Shown: positions 8,980 to 19,585 of the stretch, one piece after another
Layout: every line of letters begins with the position of its first letter
How positions within the stretch are numbered: position 1 is the first letter of the stretch
NCBI GenBank assembly: GCA_963666285.1
Contig: OY762711.1
Reading direction: 5' to 3' (one strand)
Length of the DNA stretch: 64,000 nucleotides
Origin: Sedimentisphaerales bacterium
GTDB taxonomy: Bacteria > Planctomycetota > Phycisphaerae > Sedimentisphaerales > SM23-30
Made by a program: the position numbers and the translations under genes
The notes under the pieces: model-generated
What the model was told of the DNA's origin: nothing
Seen by the model: only the letters and a program-made list of their open reading frames with translations
Databases searched by the model: none

Positions 8980-11808
8980 TCAGATTATTCCACTTTTTTC
9001 TTCTTTAACTTCGCTTTTCTTTTTGGCATCTTTTTGCTCATCTCCGGCAGTTTTAGCTTTATCCGCCTTCTTTTCAGCCTTCTTCTCTTTCTTACCTTCT
9101 GCTTTTTTAACCTCAGTTTTATCTGCCTTTTCCTTTAGCTTCTTGGCGGTTTTTTTCTTCCCCTTTCCTTTTCCTTTCTTCTTTTTCGCATCAGCATCAG
9201 CTACGCCTTCCTTGGCGACAGCATCAACCCCGGACTCAGCTTCAGCCTCAACTTCAACTTTAACTCCGGCATCAGCCTCAACTTTTTCTTCAGCCTCAGC
9301 GTTTCCACTTCCAATCACCCGCAGCAAAAAGTCCTCATACTTCCTGAACCGGTTCAAAGGCTTAACATCACCACCCAACGCATGTCCGCCTGTTGGATCC
9401 AAAAACAGCTCCACCAGCGTTTCCTTACCGGCCTTGAGCAGCTCTCGATAAACCCGGACCGTATCCTGGTACAACACATTCGAATCTTCCATACCATGCA
9501 CCAGCAGCAAATGCGACTTTAAATTCTTCGCCAGCGGCAGCAGCGAATACTTGCCCAGATCAGTCTTGCCAACCCGGCTGTCATCAATTGTCTGGGTGGT
9601 ATAATGTGAGTTATAATTCTCCCATTCGGTCGGACCTGCCCCTGCCATTCCGGCTGCAAACACATCCGGCTCAGTATACAAACACATCTGTGTCTCAAAA
9701 CCACCAAAACTCCAGCCATGAATCGCTACACGATCCTTATCAACACCATAGTTCTCAATCATAAACTTAACACCGTCAACCAGATCTTCAACCTGCGGCT
9801 TGCCAACCTGTTCGTAATTTGCTTTTTCAAACACACCGCCATAGCCGCTATTGCCTCGCGGATCAATCGTACATGTTATATAACCATGTTTCTTTGCCAT
9901 GTAATAGCCAAAGAAGTAGCTGCTCTGCTGATACATACCGTCAGCAACCTGCTTCTGCGTCCCCAACGGTCCTCCGTAAATATAAATCAGCAAAGGACGC
10001 TTCTCATCTTTATTCCAGCCATCCGGCTTAAACATATGGCCGTAGATCGTATGACCGTGCCTGTTCTTATAATCGAAAAACTCCGGCACCGGCTCCAGCA
10101 GTTTCTTGGCCTCGTCGCTATGCGAATCTGTCAAGACTTTTTGCGTCTTCGCCTTGCTGTCAATATACACCAGTTCCGGCATCATTCCAAACCGTATGTA
10201 GCGTGCCAGTGTCTTGCTGCCATCCTCTGTTACGGCAACCTCTCGGTAATTACCGTCCTCTCTTGACAATCTTGTCATTTTGCCTGTCTTCATGGATACC
10301 CGGTATATTTCCTTGCGGGATGGATGCTCTTTTGTCGCTGTTACGATCATCCAGTCGCGATTCTTCGATAAACCGACCGGGTAAACCTCGAAATAACCAC
10401 TAGTCAGAGGCCTGCTGCTCTCATACAACGGATCCAATACATGTAAATGCCTGAATCCGGTCTGCTCACTCAAATATACTATCGTCTTATTATCCGACAG
10501 ATATTGCGGATTCGTCATTCTCGGCGTCGTCGGACCGGCTGTATGCATATAGCGATACACAACTTTTGCCGCCTCAAAGATTTCCTTATCTGCTTTTGCT
10601 GCTTCCTTATCCTCTTGCTTACTCTCCTGCTCTTTTTCCTTAACACATGCCTCATACAGGCATATCTCACCAGTATCATGTGTAAACACATCAAAAACAA
10701 TCTTCTTGGAATTCGCTGACCATTTTGGATCACCCGTTATATCACAAGGGTGTTTATGAGTTCTGCGAAACACCTCTTTCAAAACAGAATTATCTTCTTT
10801 CAGATCATTAATCTCATATAAATACACTATCCTGTCATATGTCCTGAAAGGCATATCAGCTGTCTGACGAGTATACTTTTTAGGGTTCATAAACCTGTCT
10901 CGATAATTTGCAATATCAACAGTCTTTGACGAAGCAGCAGGCTCCGGACCCCATTTATATGCTGTAAATGCGATTCGATTACCATCCGGGCTTATCTCAT
11001 AACCACTCATTGTCTCACCACTGGGAAACTTAGGGTCTAGCTGTTCTATCAAATGGCTGCCGAATTTAACCCGCATAAGATTATTATCAACTCGATAAGT
11101 ATAACCAGACCCATCAGGCAAATAGGCTACCGACTTTTCCTGGCAATTCGTCATGGTCAGCCGATCAATTTTTCCACTCTTAACATCATAGCTGTAAATA
11201 TCATCATCAGAAACAAATAACATCTTCTCGGCTTTTGGTGCCCAGATATAAGAGCTAACCCCGCTATAACGCGGTGCCTTACTATCGTCTGCATCCTTAT
11301 CAGAAACATAATTTTTCAATTCGTCTTCGCTCTGCTCCTTTTTATCTGCATCTGACTCGTCTTTATCCCCTTCCTTACCCTCACTATCACCTTTTTTCTC
11401 TTCGTCCTTTATATCTTCATCTTTCTTGTCCTTTTTCTTCTCAGCCTTTGCCTTTTTTACCCTGTCTTCGCAAACCTTACGAGCTTCCTCCTGAAATTCT
11501 GCCATAATAGCTGCCGAGGTTACACGTATTTGCTTATCATTTTTCACATCATAAAGCCAGATATCTGATCCATGACGACGTTCTATATACGGCCGGTATA
11601 AATATGCTCCATATTTACCATCCGCAGAAAATGTTACCTCCGATACCCCCGGACCAAACATACTCTTCTCCGGATACAGCTTTTCTAATGTAAGCTCTTC
11701 TTTTTTATCAACCTTGGAATCATCTTTCTCAACTGCTTTATCATCAGCCAACAGATTAACTCCCAATACCAATACTAAAAATGCTGCTGCTACTTTTGTG
11801 ATTCTCAT
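8980..11808 (-). CDS. S9 (dipeptidyl peptidase IV-like) serine peptidase, secreted, with charged low-complexity segments
   Basis: YGGP, IDPRG, GWSFGG nucleophile motif, HGMEDSNV, GGH; beta-propeller N-terminus; signal peptide. Confidence 0.9.
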   Translation of the reverse strand: MRITKVAAAFLVLVLGVNLLADDKAVEKDDSKVDKKEELTLEKLYPEKSMFGPGVSEVTFSADGKYGAYLYRPYIERRHGSDIWLYDVKNDKQIRVTSAAIMAEFQEEARKVCEDRVKKAKAEKKKDKKDEDIKDEEKKGDSEGKEGDKDESDADKKEQSEDELKNYVSDKDADDSKAPRYSGVSSYIWAPKAEKMLFVSDDDIYSYDVKSGKIDRLTMTNCQEKSVAYLPDGSGYTYRVDNNLMRVKFGSHLIEQLDPKFPSGETMSGYEISPDGNRIAFTAYKWGPEPAASSKTVDIANYRDRFMNPKKYTRQTADMPFRTYDRIVYLYEINDLKEDNSVLKEVFRRTHKHPCDITGDPKWSANSKKIVFDVFTHDTGEICLYEACVKEKEQESKQEDKEAAKADKEIFEAAKVVYRYMHTAGPTTPRMTNPQYLSDNKTIVYLSEQTGFRHLHVLDPLYESSRPLTSGYFEVYPVGLSKNRDWMIVTATKEHPSRKEIYRVSMKTGKMTRLSREDGNYREVAVTEDGSKTLARYIRFGMMPELVYIDSKAKTQKVLTDSHSDEAKKLLEPVPEFFDYKNRHGHTIYGHMFKPDGWNKDEKRPLLIYIYGGPLGTQKQVADGMYQQSSYFFGYYMAKKHGYITCTIDPRGNSGYGGVFEKANYEQVGKPQVEDLVDGVKFMIENYGVDKDRVAIHGWSFGGFETQMCLYTEPDVFAAGMAGAGPTEWENYNSHYTTQTIDDSRVGKTDLGKYSLLPLAKNLKSHLLLVHGMEDSNVLYQDTVRVYRELLKAGKETLVELFLDPTGGHALGGDVKPLNRFRKYEDFLLRVIGSGNAEAEEKVEADAGVKVEVEAEAESGVDAVAKEGVADADAKKKKGKGKGKKKTAKKLKEKADKTEVKKAEGKKEKKAEKKADKAKTAGDEQKDAKKKSEVKEEKSGII

Positions 11809-11950
11809 ATGTATTCCTCAAAATAATATTCGATCATAAGATCAATACAAAAAACATAATTAAATGTAAAGTTTTTCATTCATAAGGCCATATTCCGACC
11901 TTTGCGTGTAATGCTGAACAGTCCAAAGTAAACCACGCATATAATGCAAA

Positions 11951-12329
11951 GCATAATAAACCGCACCTTTTCTAAAACAATTGAAATTGCCCGAAAGAGC
12001 GTGGCATGAATGATTACAATATCATTATTTACTCTATGATTGCTCGGACGAAATCATACACGAGGTACGTATATTGTAAATTATCTTTAAATAAATCTCT
12101 AGGGACATTTTTAACTTATAATTAACCTATTCTATATAAACTTCAAGATTAAAACCACCTTAACCTATTGCAATAAAAATATTTAGGCACACAAACACTA
12201 ATTTTACAGCATAAACCCGAACCAAAATACGAATAACAATTGATAATGCCGGATCGAGCGTGGTAAAAATAAATGCAATTTCATTTTAACTTACATGCGA
12301 TCGACATAATCATACAAGAGGTGTATATA
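11951..12329. repeat. Two diverged ~120-bp direct repeats (11951-12073 and 12209-12329) in a long intergenic region
   Basis: Shared collinear blocks GCATA..AAACC, AACAATTGA.A.TGCC.GA..GAGCGTGG, CAAT.TCATT, GAC..AATCATACA.GAGGT. Confidence 0.7.
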
Positions 12330-12629
12330 GACCCTGACGACCTCAATTGATCAATATCTCCGCGACTATACTGCGTCCATACCGCAAGCTCTCTTTGACA
12401 AGTAAATAGATTAAACGAATTACAATATATCGAACAAAAATATAAAGTCTTACAATTCAAAGACTTACTACTGCGGCTGTTAAAATCAGACTCTATTGAA
12501 TTATCCCCTTGAGATGTATCTATTAAAGGTTATAATAGCCAGTTGGAACAGTATTCTATTATATAGCTTCTGTTCTCACAAAACCTTGATTAGCAACACC
12601 TTATAACAATTTCCAGAAAGGAGCCATGA

Positions 12630-13490
12630 TTGGAAGCAAACGAATTTGTCTTTCTGAACAATCAATTGGTCAATGCCGATAATGCCTCTATAAGCATTTA
12701 TGATACCAGTGTTATGCACGGTATCGGGCTATTTGAGAGTATGCGGGCTTACAGCGGTAAACTTTTTCGCATGAAGGATCATCTTGACCGGTTATTTAAC
12801 TCTGCTTCCATTCTTAAGCTTAATATTACACAAAGCCGTGAGGATATCGTCAAGGGAATTGAATCACTGCTGGAAGCTAACAACTTAATAGAAAAAGATG
12901 CCAGGATGAGGCTAACAGTTACACCTGGCAACATGCGAGAAGCAACCGAAGACGGCCCGCCTGATAATTCGATTATTATCACTGCTGCGGCAATGCCGGC
13001 ACAAACAGACCAGAAAAAAAATATGATGCCGGTTATTATTAGTTCATATAGACTCAATAGCGAAGAGCCTACCGCCGGCCACAAAACTTTGAACTATTTC
13101 AACCGGTTAACAATACTGCAGCAGGCTCATACCGAAGGCTTTGGAGAAGCCTTATGCTTTTCTGTTAAAGGTTTCCTTTGTGGCGGCTGCCTGAATAATG
13201 TTTTTCTGGTTAAAGACGGAAAACTTATAACTCCGGCATTGACTAAACCTGTTATTCCAGGTATTACCCGCAAAGTAGTTCTGGAAATCGCACGTAAAGC
13301 CGGCATACAAACTGACGAACATGACATAACTTCACAAGAACTAATGGCCGCAGATGAAATATTCTTCACCAGTAGCTCTCAAGGTATTATAGCCACTGGT
13401 AACATAGGCACACACAAAATCGGTGAAGGTGCCGCCGGGGTAATTACATGTAAGATTATGGAAAAATACGATATTTTAACACGAGAATAA
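12630..13490 (+). CDS. Class IV aminotransferase (branched-chain amino acid aminotransferase/ADC lyase family)
   Basis: HGIGLFESMR, HLDRL, HKTLNY, PGITRK, ADEIFFTSS. Confidence 0.85.
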   Translation: MEANEFVFLNNQLVNADNASISIYDTSVMHGIGLFESMRAYSGKLFRMKDHLDRLFNSASILKLNITQSREDIVKGIESLLEANNLIEKDARMRLTVTPGNMREATEDGPPDNSIIITAAAMPAQTDQKKNMMPVIISSYRLNSEEPTAGHKTLNYFNRLTILQQAHTEGFGEALCFSVKGFLCGGCLNNVFLVKDGKLITPALTKPVIPGITRKVVLEIARKAGIQTDEHDITSQELMAADEIFFTSSSQGIIATGNIGTHKIGEGAAGVITCKIMEKYDILTRE

Positions 13491-13521
13491 TTGTTAAACA
13501 TATACTACTGAGAATATAATC

Positions 13522-14211
13522 ATGATTTCAAAAGAAGCCGTATTTATACTGTTATTATGCATCCTGGGACTGGTCGCTATACTAAATGCTCAGGACACTG
13601 CCGATCAGCCTGCTGCGAAAGCACAAACACCGGCTCCACAGCTTAGCGAAGAAGAAATGATTGCGGCAATTGCCAAAAAGAACATCTTCAAACCTAAACT
13701 TGTTGTTGAAAATACCAACAAAAGACCGTTAGCTAAGAGTTACGAGATTGTCACCGGCCCGGAATCTCTGGTAAGACCTTTTACGCTGATCGGAATCAAT
13801 ATTGGCGAAGAAAAAGCTATGGCACAATTGCTTTTCAGCAATCCGGTAGATAGAAAAGCTGCTACTGTTGACGACGTATTTGAAACTTTGACAATAACCG
13901 AAATCCACAGCACATATATCCGATGCGATTATGATGGATACGATGTTAAAATTGATGTTGGTGAAAGCAGCGAAGACGCACGTAACAGGATATTGGGTTT
14001 CAACAAAGACTTCGAATTTATTGGTACTACTATTACTGAAAAAGAAGCTTTTGCATATATCAAAATTGCCAACGAAACTCTTAGACTTGAGGTTGGCGAC
14101 GCTTTGGGAGATTCTGAAATTATACGCATTGAGGAAGGCAAACTCTGGATCAGACATGCCAACGGACTGGAATTCGCCATCGATCCTACCAGCCTCAACA
14201 CTAGCGAATAA
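13522..14211 (+). CDS. Secreted hypothetical protein, possibly two GspC/PilP-like domains
   Basis: Signal peptide; NIF...LIGI...A; second FIGT...AYI...VGD...IIRI repeat resembling the T2SS-C/PilP fold. Confidence 0.45.
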   Translation: MISKEAVFILLLCILGLVAILNAQDTADQPAAKAQTPAPQLSEEEMIAAIAKKNIFKPKLVVENTNKRPLAKSYEIVTGPESLVRPFTLIGINIGEEKAMAQLLFSNPVDRKAATVDDVFETLTITEIHSTYIRCDYDGYDVKIDVGESSEDARNRILGFNKDFEFIGTTITEKEAFAYIKIANETLRLEVGDALGDSEIIRIEEGKLWIRHANGLEFAIDPTSLNTSE

Positions 14212-14515
14212 TAAAACAAACCCTTTAGGGTGCCTCTAGAATTTCATTTTCTGCTGTAACGCTGGACAAAGCAGCTATTTGCAAATGCAGTACTATTATT
14301 AGCCGTTCATTCTGAACGTATGCTATCCGCACCTTCTCAACTTATCTTTTTATTCTATAAGTATATACGTTTTCTTAATATTGTTATAATAAATATGATT
14401 GACCCTATAGTCATATTTGGTATTATTGCTCATAAGAAAATTTGATATTGGCCGGGAATTATTTCATACTTTTCCAGCTAAGACTATTATTCGGTATTTT
14501 GATAGGAGAATGTTC

Positions 14516-17500
14516 ATGAACAGTGTAAATCCCATTATTAGAGTAACTCTTTTAGCCATATTAACATGTTTTGTGTCAACAATTTATGGCAGCGACATAT
14601 CAGACCTGATTAAGTATTCAAAAAATGGAGATTTGACAAATATTAAATCGCTGATCGAAAAAGGTATTGATATAAATTCTTCGGAAGATAAAAGAGGTAA
14701 TACAGCTCTCATAGCTGCTGTCTCTGGGAAACAATATGCTACTGTTGAATACCTGATCTCTCAGGGAGCTGATGTTAACAGAACAAATAGCAAGGGAAAT
14801 ACGGCACTGCACACTGCAATTGAAAAAGGTGACAAAGTCGCGGTAAAACTCCTTCTCACACACAATGCCAGCACTGAGATTCAGACAGATAGCGGCGTAA
14901 CTCCGCTATTTATGGCAATAATAGCTAAGAATAAAGAAATATTTGAGCTATTGCTTGATAATGGAGCAGATATAAATGCCAATATGATGGCTGAAGGTTT
15001 CAACGACAAATTTGGCCTTACTATCCTCCATAATGCAGTTGGATATGGTGATATTAAGCTGGTCAAATACCTGCTTTCAAAAGGGGCTGATACCGAGGTA
15101 AGAGACAGTAGCGGCTACACACCGCTTTTATACGTTAATGACAATATTGAAATGGCAAAGCTGTTAATTGATAATGGTGCCTATGTAAACGCCTTAACTC
15201 AATATGGAACAACTCCTCTAAGTCATGCCGTAGGTAATAATGTTCAATTTTTGTCAGGTCAGGGTGGAAATGTATCACCAGTCGCACAACTTCTGATTAA
15301 TAATAAAGCATGGTCACATTTTGCCCCTAAACCCCAAAAACCAGCCTGGCTCAATAAATTCACAAAGGAAGAAGTAAAAGCTTTTATTTCAAAAGGAGGA
15401 GACATAAATCAGCAAGACGCAAATGGAAATACAGCTTTACACTGGATTACTAGCCAATTTTTCCTAAAGCTGAATGATGATTTTCTGAACTCTCTATTAC
15501 AAAACAATATAAACCTTTCTGCCAAAAACTATGATGGAAATTCACCACTGCATTTTTCATGTATGCACTTTAATGTCGAGATGGTAAAGTTCCTTTTAGA
15601 CAATAATGTTGACCCTAATATCAAAAATAAAAACAAAATTGCGCCATTGCATAATATATGCAATAATCCAGAGGTTACTGACAACAATGGAAGCAGTACC
15701 CAAATAGCTGAAAAAATCATTGAGTTACTGCTTGAACATGGTGCTGACATCAATATTGAAGACTCAGTAGGAAAAACCCCGCTTCACTATGCTGCCTCAA
15801 CAAATATGGATAGATTTGCACCCTTTGTACAGTTTTTACTTGATAATGGAGCTGATATTGACGCTCAGGACATTGGCCTGAACACACCTCTGCATGAAGC
15901 TGTTGACGGCTCTACAGCTGTAGTCGAACTACTATTAAGCTCTGGGGCAAATCCAAACATCAAAAATATCTATGGACATAGTTCGCAAAAATCCGCTGAA
16001 TTTAAGGGAAATAAAGAAAAGCTGGCTCTCTTTGCCAAGTTCAAAGGAATTGGCAGTATCCATAATGCGGCAGAACATGGCGTACTGGATAAGATAAAAA
16101 GTCTTGTCGAACAAGGAACTGACGTTAACTCGCTTAACGAAAATGGTTTTACTGCTTTACAGATTGCTACATGGTCAGAACAGCTGGAAGCTGTTAAGCT
16201 CCTAATTGAACTTGGGGCAGAGGTTAATTTAGCAACTGATAAAATGATCACCCCACTTCATTATGCAGTTGACAGAAATAATATTAATATAGCAAACGTA
16301 TTATTAGATAATAAAGCCTCTGTCGATATTGATACTCTAAGCGGAACTAATGCTGCAGGAGAAGCTTTTGCATGGAATCGCCTAATCATTTACGACACAA
16401 TTATGGAATTATATCCTGAAGTAACTGCTAAATACGTAAATATTGAAACTCTGGAAGATATTCGGAAACAAGCCAGAATTGATGCCCGTAAAGATAAACA
16501 TAAATACTTTAACCACGATGTATCCGTTTGGGCAACTGATTCCAAAAGTAAACTGCATCAAGCTGTATACTATGGCGATAAAAGCCAGATCGTCAAACTT
16601 CTTTCCAAAGGAGCAGATATTAACGGCTTCGATGCTAAAGGAGATACCCCGCTAAACTGTGCTGTTAATATTGATAATGAAGATATTTTTAACCTGCTGA
16701 TAAAAAAAGGTGCTGATATTAACAAACTCAACAAAAATGGAACCGGACTGATACACTCAGCTGCCGACCAAGGTCGTGTTGAATTTATTGAATTACTCCT
16801 TAACAAAGGGATAGATATCAATCAAAAAGCAAAAAATGGCCAGACTGCGTTCCACTATGCAGTAGGATTTGATCTGGATGATACCATGCAAACTTTGCTG
16901 GAAAACGGAGCTGATATTAACGCTGTTGATAATGAAGGTAAAACTCCCCTCTTAATTGCCATAAAATGCCTTGAACTGAACCAGATATGGTTTTTATTAA
17001 AAAATGGTGCTGATATTAACCATGTCGATAATAAAGGTAGAAATGTCATTGATTTAGTATTTGAAAACTGGGAAGATTTCGGTCAGAAACATGTTGATGT
17101 GATATCTTATTTAATGGATATTGGCGTTAATTATGACAAGAAAGATCTATTTGGTAAAAATCTGCTGCATAAAGCTGTTGAAGAACTATCTATCCCACTA
17201 GTTAAAATTCTTCTGGAAAAAGGATTTGATGCTAATTCGCCAGACAGTAATGGAAACACACCAATACATATACACACAGACCCTTTCTATGAAAGAAATG
17301 GAGATGCTTTCGAGATGATGTCATTGTTAATCCAATATGGTGCTGATGTAAATAAAAAGAGCTGCCATGGACTAACACCATTGTATGGAGCAGTAGAACT
17401 TAATAAACCCAAAATAGTACAGCTACTTATAGATAAAGGTGCTGACGTTAATACTCAAAGCAGTTCCAAAACTACACCACTCCACGTTGCTGTTCAAAAG

Positions 17501-17647
17501 AAAAACTATGATATGGTTAAACTGTTATTAGAAAACAAGGCTGATACAAAAGCCAAAGACAGGTTTAGAAAAACTCCTGCAGATATGATCAAATTTTCCA
17601 TGGACGAAGATAGCAAAAAAATAAAGGAACTACTTAACCAATACTAA
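14516..17647 (+). CDS. Large secreted ankyrin-repeat protein
   Basis: More than 20 G-x-T-(P/A)-L-H...GADIN repeats; AGGAG RBS before ATG 14516; signal peptide. Confidence 0.92.
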   Translation: MNSVNPIIRVTLLAILTCFVSTIYGSDISDLIKYSKNGDLTNIKSLIEKGIDINSSEDKRGNTALIAAVSGKQYATVEYLISQGADVNRTNSKGNTALHTAIEKGDKVAVKLLLTHNASTEIQTDSGVTPLFMAIIAKNKEIFELLLDNGADINANMMAEGFNDKFGLTILHNAVGYGDIKLVKYLLSKGADTEVRDSSGYTPLLYVNDNIEMAKLLIDNGAYVNALTQYGTTPLSHAVGNNVQFLSGQGGNVSPVAQLLINNKAWSHFAPKPQKPAWLNKFTKEEVKAFISKGGDINQQDANGNTALHWITSQFFLKLNDDFLNSLLQNNINLSAKNYDGNSPLHFSCMHFNVEMVKFLLDNNVDPNIKNKNKIAPLHNICNNPEVTDNNGSSTQIAEKIIELLLEHGADINIEDSVGKTPLHYAASTNMDRFAPFVQFLLDNGADIDAQDIGLNTPLHEAVDGSTAVVELLLSSGANPNIKNIYGHSSQKSAEFKGNKEKLALFAKFKGIGSIHNAAEHGVLDKIKSLVEQGTDVNSLNENGFTALQIATWSEQLEAVKLLIELGAEVNLATDKMITPLHYAVDRNNINIANVLLDNKASVDIDTLSGTNAAGEAFAWNRLIIYDTIMELYPEVTAKYVNIETLEDIRKQARIDARKDKHKYFNHDVSVWATDSKSKLHQAVYYGDKSQIVKLLSKGADINGFDAKGDTPLNCAVNIDNEDIFNLLIKKGADINKLNKNGTGLIHSAADQGRVEFIELLLNKGIDINQKAKNGQTAFHYAVGFDLDDTMQTLLENGADINAVDNEGKTPLLIAIKCLELNQIWFLLKNGADINHVDNKGRNVIDLVFENWEDFGQKHVDVISYLMDIGVNYDKKDLFGKNLLHKAVEELSIPLVKILLEKGFDANSPDSNGNTPIHIHTDPFYERNGDAFEMMSLLIQYGADVNKKSCHGLTPLYGAVELNKPKIVQLLIDKGADVNTQSSSKTTPLHVAVQKKNYDMVKLLLENKADTKAKDRFRKTPADMIKFSMDEDSKKIKELLNQY

Positions 17648-18696
17648 ACAAAGTACTTTACTGATTCTTTTTTGTATTCCATAAGAGTATAAAGCTGTTC
17701 ATATTTTTGGGGTTTGATAAGATCAATCATTTTACCAATAGCTTTTTTTAACTCTGTTTCAGTTTTGGCATGAGTCATAGCGTAGAGGTTGTAATGCCAT
17801 AAATCATTGGTACTACGGTGATAGCAATGACTTACGCATGGCATTTCAGCCAATGCCGCCCCGGCATTATCAATATCTGCCGGTTCAACCCTAAACACGA
17901 CCATCGCATTAGCTAGATAGCCTACTTTTTTATGGCGTACCCGCCCTGCAATCCGGCGGATGGCCCCCTGCCGTTTCCAGCTGTTTAATAAATCAACAAT
18001 GGTTCCTGAATCAAAACTATCTTCACCGAGAGCTGAATTTGCGGCCTTTGCAATTGCTTCATATGGTCGCTCTACAATGGGTATACCTTTTTGCAGCTCT
18101 CGTATCATCTGTTTTTGCTCTTCACTAACAATAAGAGGTTCTGATACGGCAGATAAGCTATGCAAATCAAAGCTGGAATGGGGTAAATCACCAGAAGCTG
18201 ATTTTTTACCAAATTGCACCTTAAGTTTATACATCTTCCGGGATGGCAGACTCATTATCTCATCAATGGGAAAATCGTCTTTCAAAGAAGAAAGTACCGG
18301 CTCAAAGGGATCAGCTCCGGCAATGGAATTGGGAACTGTAAGCGTAAACCAGATATTAAATTTATGCTGACGTGCATAATTATGAGAAACACCGGCAAAG
18401 GAGTTTATACGTTTAACCAAATCTGGTACCACCATATCTGACACAGAAACAGCTACCAGGGTACTGGAGTAACCTATCTTGCGGGCATTAAAAACCGGGG
18501 ATATTTCACGGATCACCCCCGCTTTTACCAGCCGGTTCGCAGCCTCAAACAGAATAGCTTTTTCGATGCCCAGTTTTTCTGCTAAGTCATTGAAAGGACT
18601 GTCAGTTATAGCAAGGCCTGCCTGTAGTTCGGTTATTATCTTCTCTTCCACATCCGGCAAAGGCATTCCTGAAATATTATCTTGTATGTCTTTCAT
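17644..18696 (-). CDS. Fused AhbA/AhbB (NirDL-like) siroheme decarboxylase, Lrp/AsnC fold x2
   Basis: VSHNYARQHKFNIWFT and VSHCYHR...WHYNLYAMTH halves; GYSSTLVA, GYLANAMVV. Confidence 0.8.
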   Translation of the reverse strand: MKDIQDNISGMPLPDVEEKIITELQAGLAITDSPFNDLAEKLGIEKAILFEAANRLVKAGVIREISPVFNARKIGYSSTLVAVSVSDMVVPDLVKRINSFAGVSHNYARQHKFNIWFTLTVPNSIAGADPFEPVLSSLKDDFPIDEIMSLPSRKMYKLKVQFGKKSASGDLPHSSFDLHSLSAVSEPLIVSEEQKQMIRELQKGIPIVERPYEAIAKAANSALGEDSFDSGTIVDLLNSWKRQGAIRRIAGRVRHKKVGYLANAMVVFRVEPADIDNAGAALAEMPCVSHCYHRSTNDLWHYNLYAMTHAKTETELKKAIGKMIDLIKPQKYEQLYTLMEYKKESVKYFV

Positions 18697-18831
18697 ATTG
18701 TCTTTAGAATAAGCTATTATAGAATACTGAGATACGAGTATTCTGAACCATTTAATTATTTGCTTATTGTATTATTTACAAAGATTTTTTCATCTGGCTA
18801 GTAATTATAGTATATTTACGACAGGAAATAA

Positions 18832-19569
18832 ATGCTGTTCTATTTGTGGAATATTTTAGCCGAAAACGGACTTGATGACATTGTCAGCAAAGGAACTGAT
18901 AAAAAGCCGATGCTGGAGCTTAGCGATATATTGACTATAGCCCTGATGATGGTGGTAGTTTTTATCGTTATGCGGTCAACGAGAAGAAAAACCGTTAACA
19001 GCAGGAATAAAAACAGGTCGAATGCTAAAGAACTGGTAGGAAGAAAGTTAGAGGAAAATCCTAACGTAACAATCAATCGGCTCCAGGAACTGATGGCGGC
19101 ATTGGCCGATATGTCTCGCGAAATCAACGGCGAGCTTGACACCCGAACAGCCAAACTGGAGATTTTACTGGCAAAAGCCGACAGCCAGATAGCTGAATAC
19201 GAGAAAAAACTGAAAAAGTTACAGGCTTCTCAGGCTTTAACCAACCTCGGAACCGGTAAACCGCCCCTAATTGAGCGGCACAATAGCGGAATTCAGGAAA
19301 TTAAAGACGAAATCGACAAGATCACGAGCAGAATGCCGGAAATTGAATCAACGATAGCCCCGCCACCGGTCAAAGAAGCTGTGCCAGAACTGGAACCGAA
19401 ACCTGATACCAATAACGCAGGCCTTGACCGTCCGGCAAACTCTGTTAATGATCAGATAATAAAACTGGCAAAAGACGGCATACCACTTGCAGAAATATCA
19501 AGAGCTACAGGCAGACCGTCCGGCGAAATTGAACTAATACTGAACTTAAATGGAATTAAGTTTAGATAA
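18832..19569 (+). CDS. Membrane-anchored coiled-coil protein with C-terminal HTH-like motif
   Basis: N-terminal TM, coiled coil, IIKLAKDG...EIS...GEIELILNL. Confidence 0.6.
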   Translation: MLFYLWNILAENGLDDIVSKGTDKKPMLELSDILTIALMMVVVFIVMRSTRRKTVNSRNKNRSNAKELVGRKLEENPNVTINRLQELMAALADMSREINGELDTRTAKLEILLAKADSQIAEYEKKLKKLQASQALTNLGTGKPPLIERHNSGIQEIKDEIDKITSRMPEIESTIAPPPVKEAVPELEPKPDTNNAGLDRPANSVNDQIIKLAKDGIPLAEISRATGRPSGEIELILNLNGIKFR

Positions 19570-19585
19570 TTAAGAATGGAAATAT

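Noticed and set aside
12334..12360. Hammerhead ribozyme core CTGACGA
   Set aside because: No stem II followed by GAAA.
12445..12466. Palindrome AAGTCTT-N8-AAGACTT (related inverse at 7326-7348)
   Set aside because: AT-rich, differing orientation and spacing; no regulator can be assigned.
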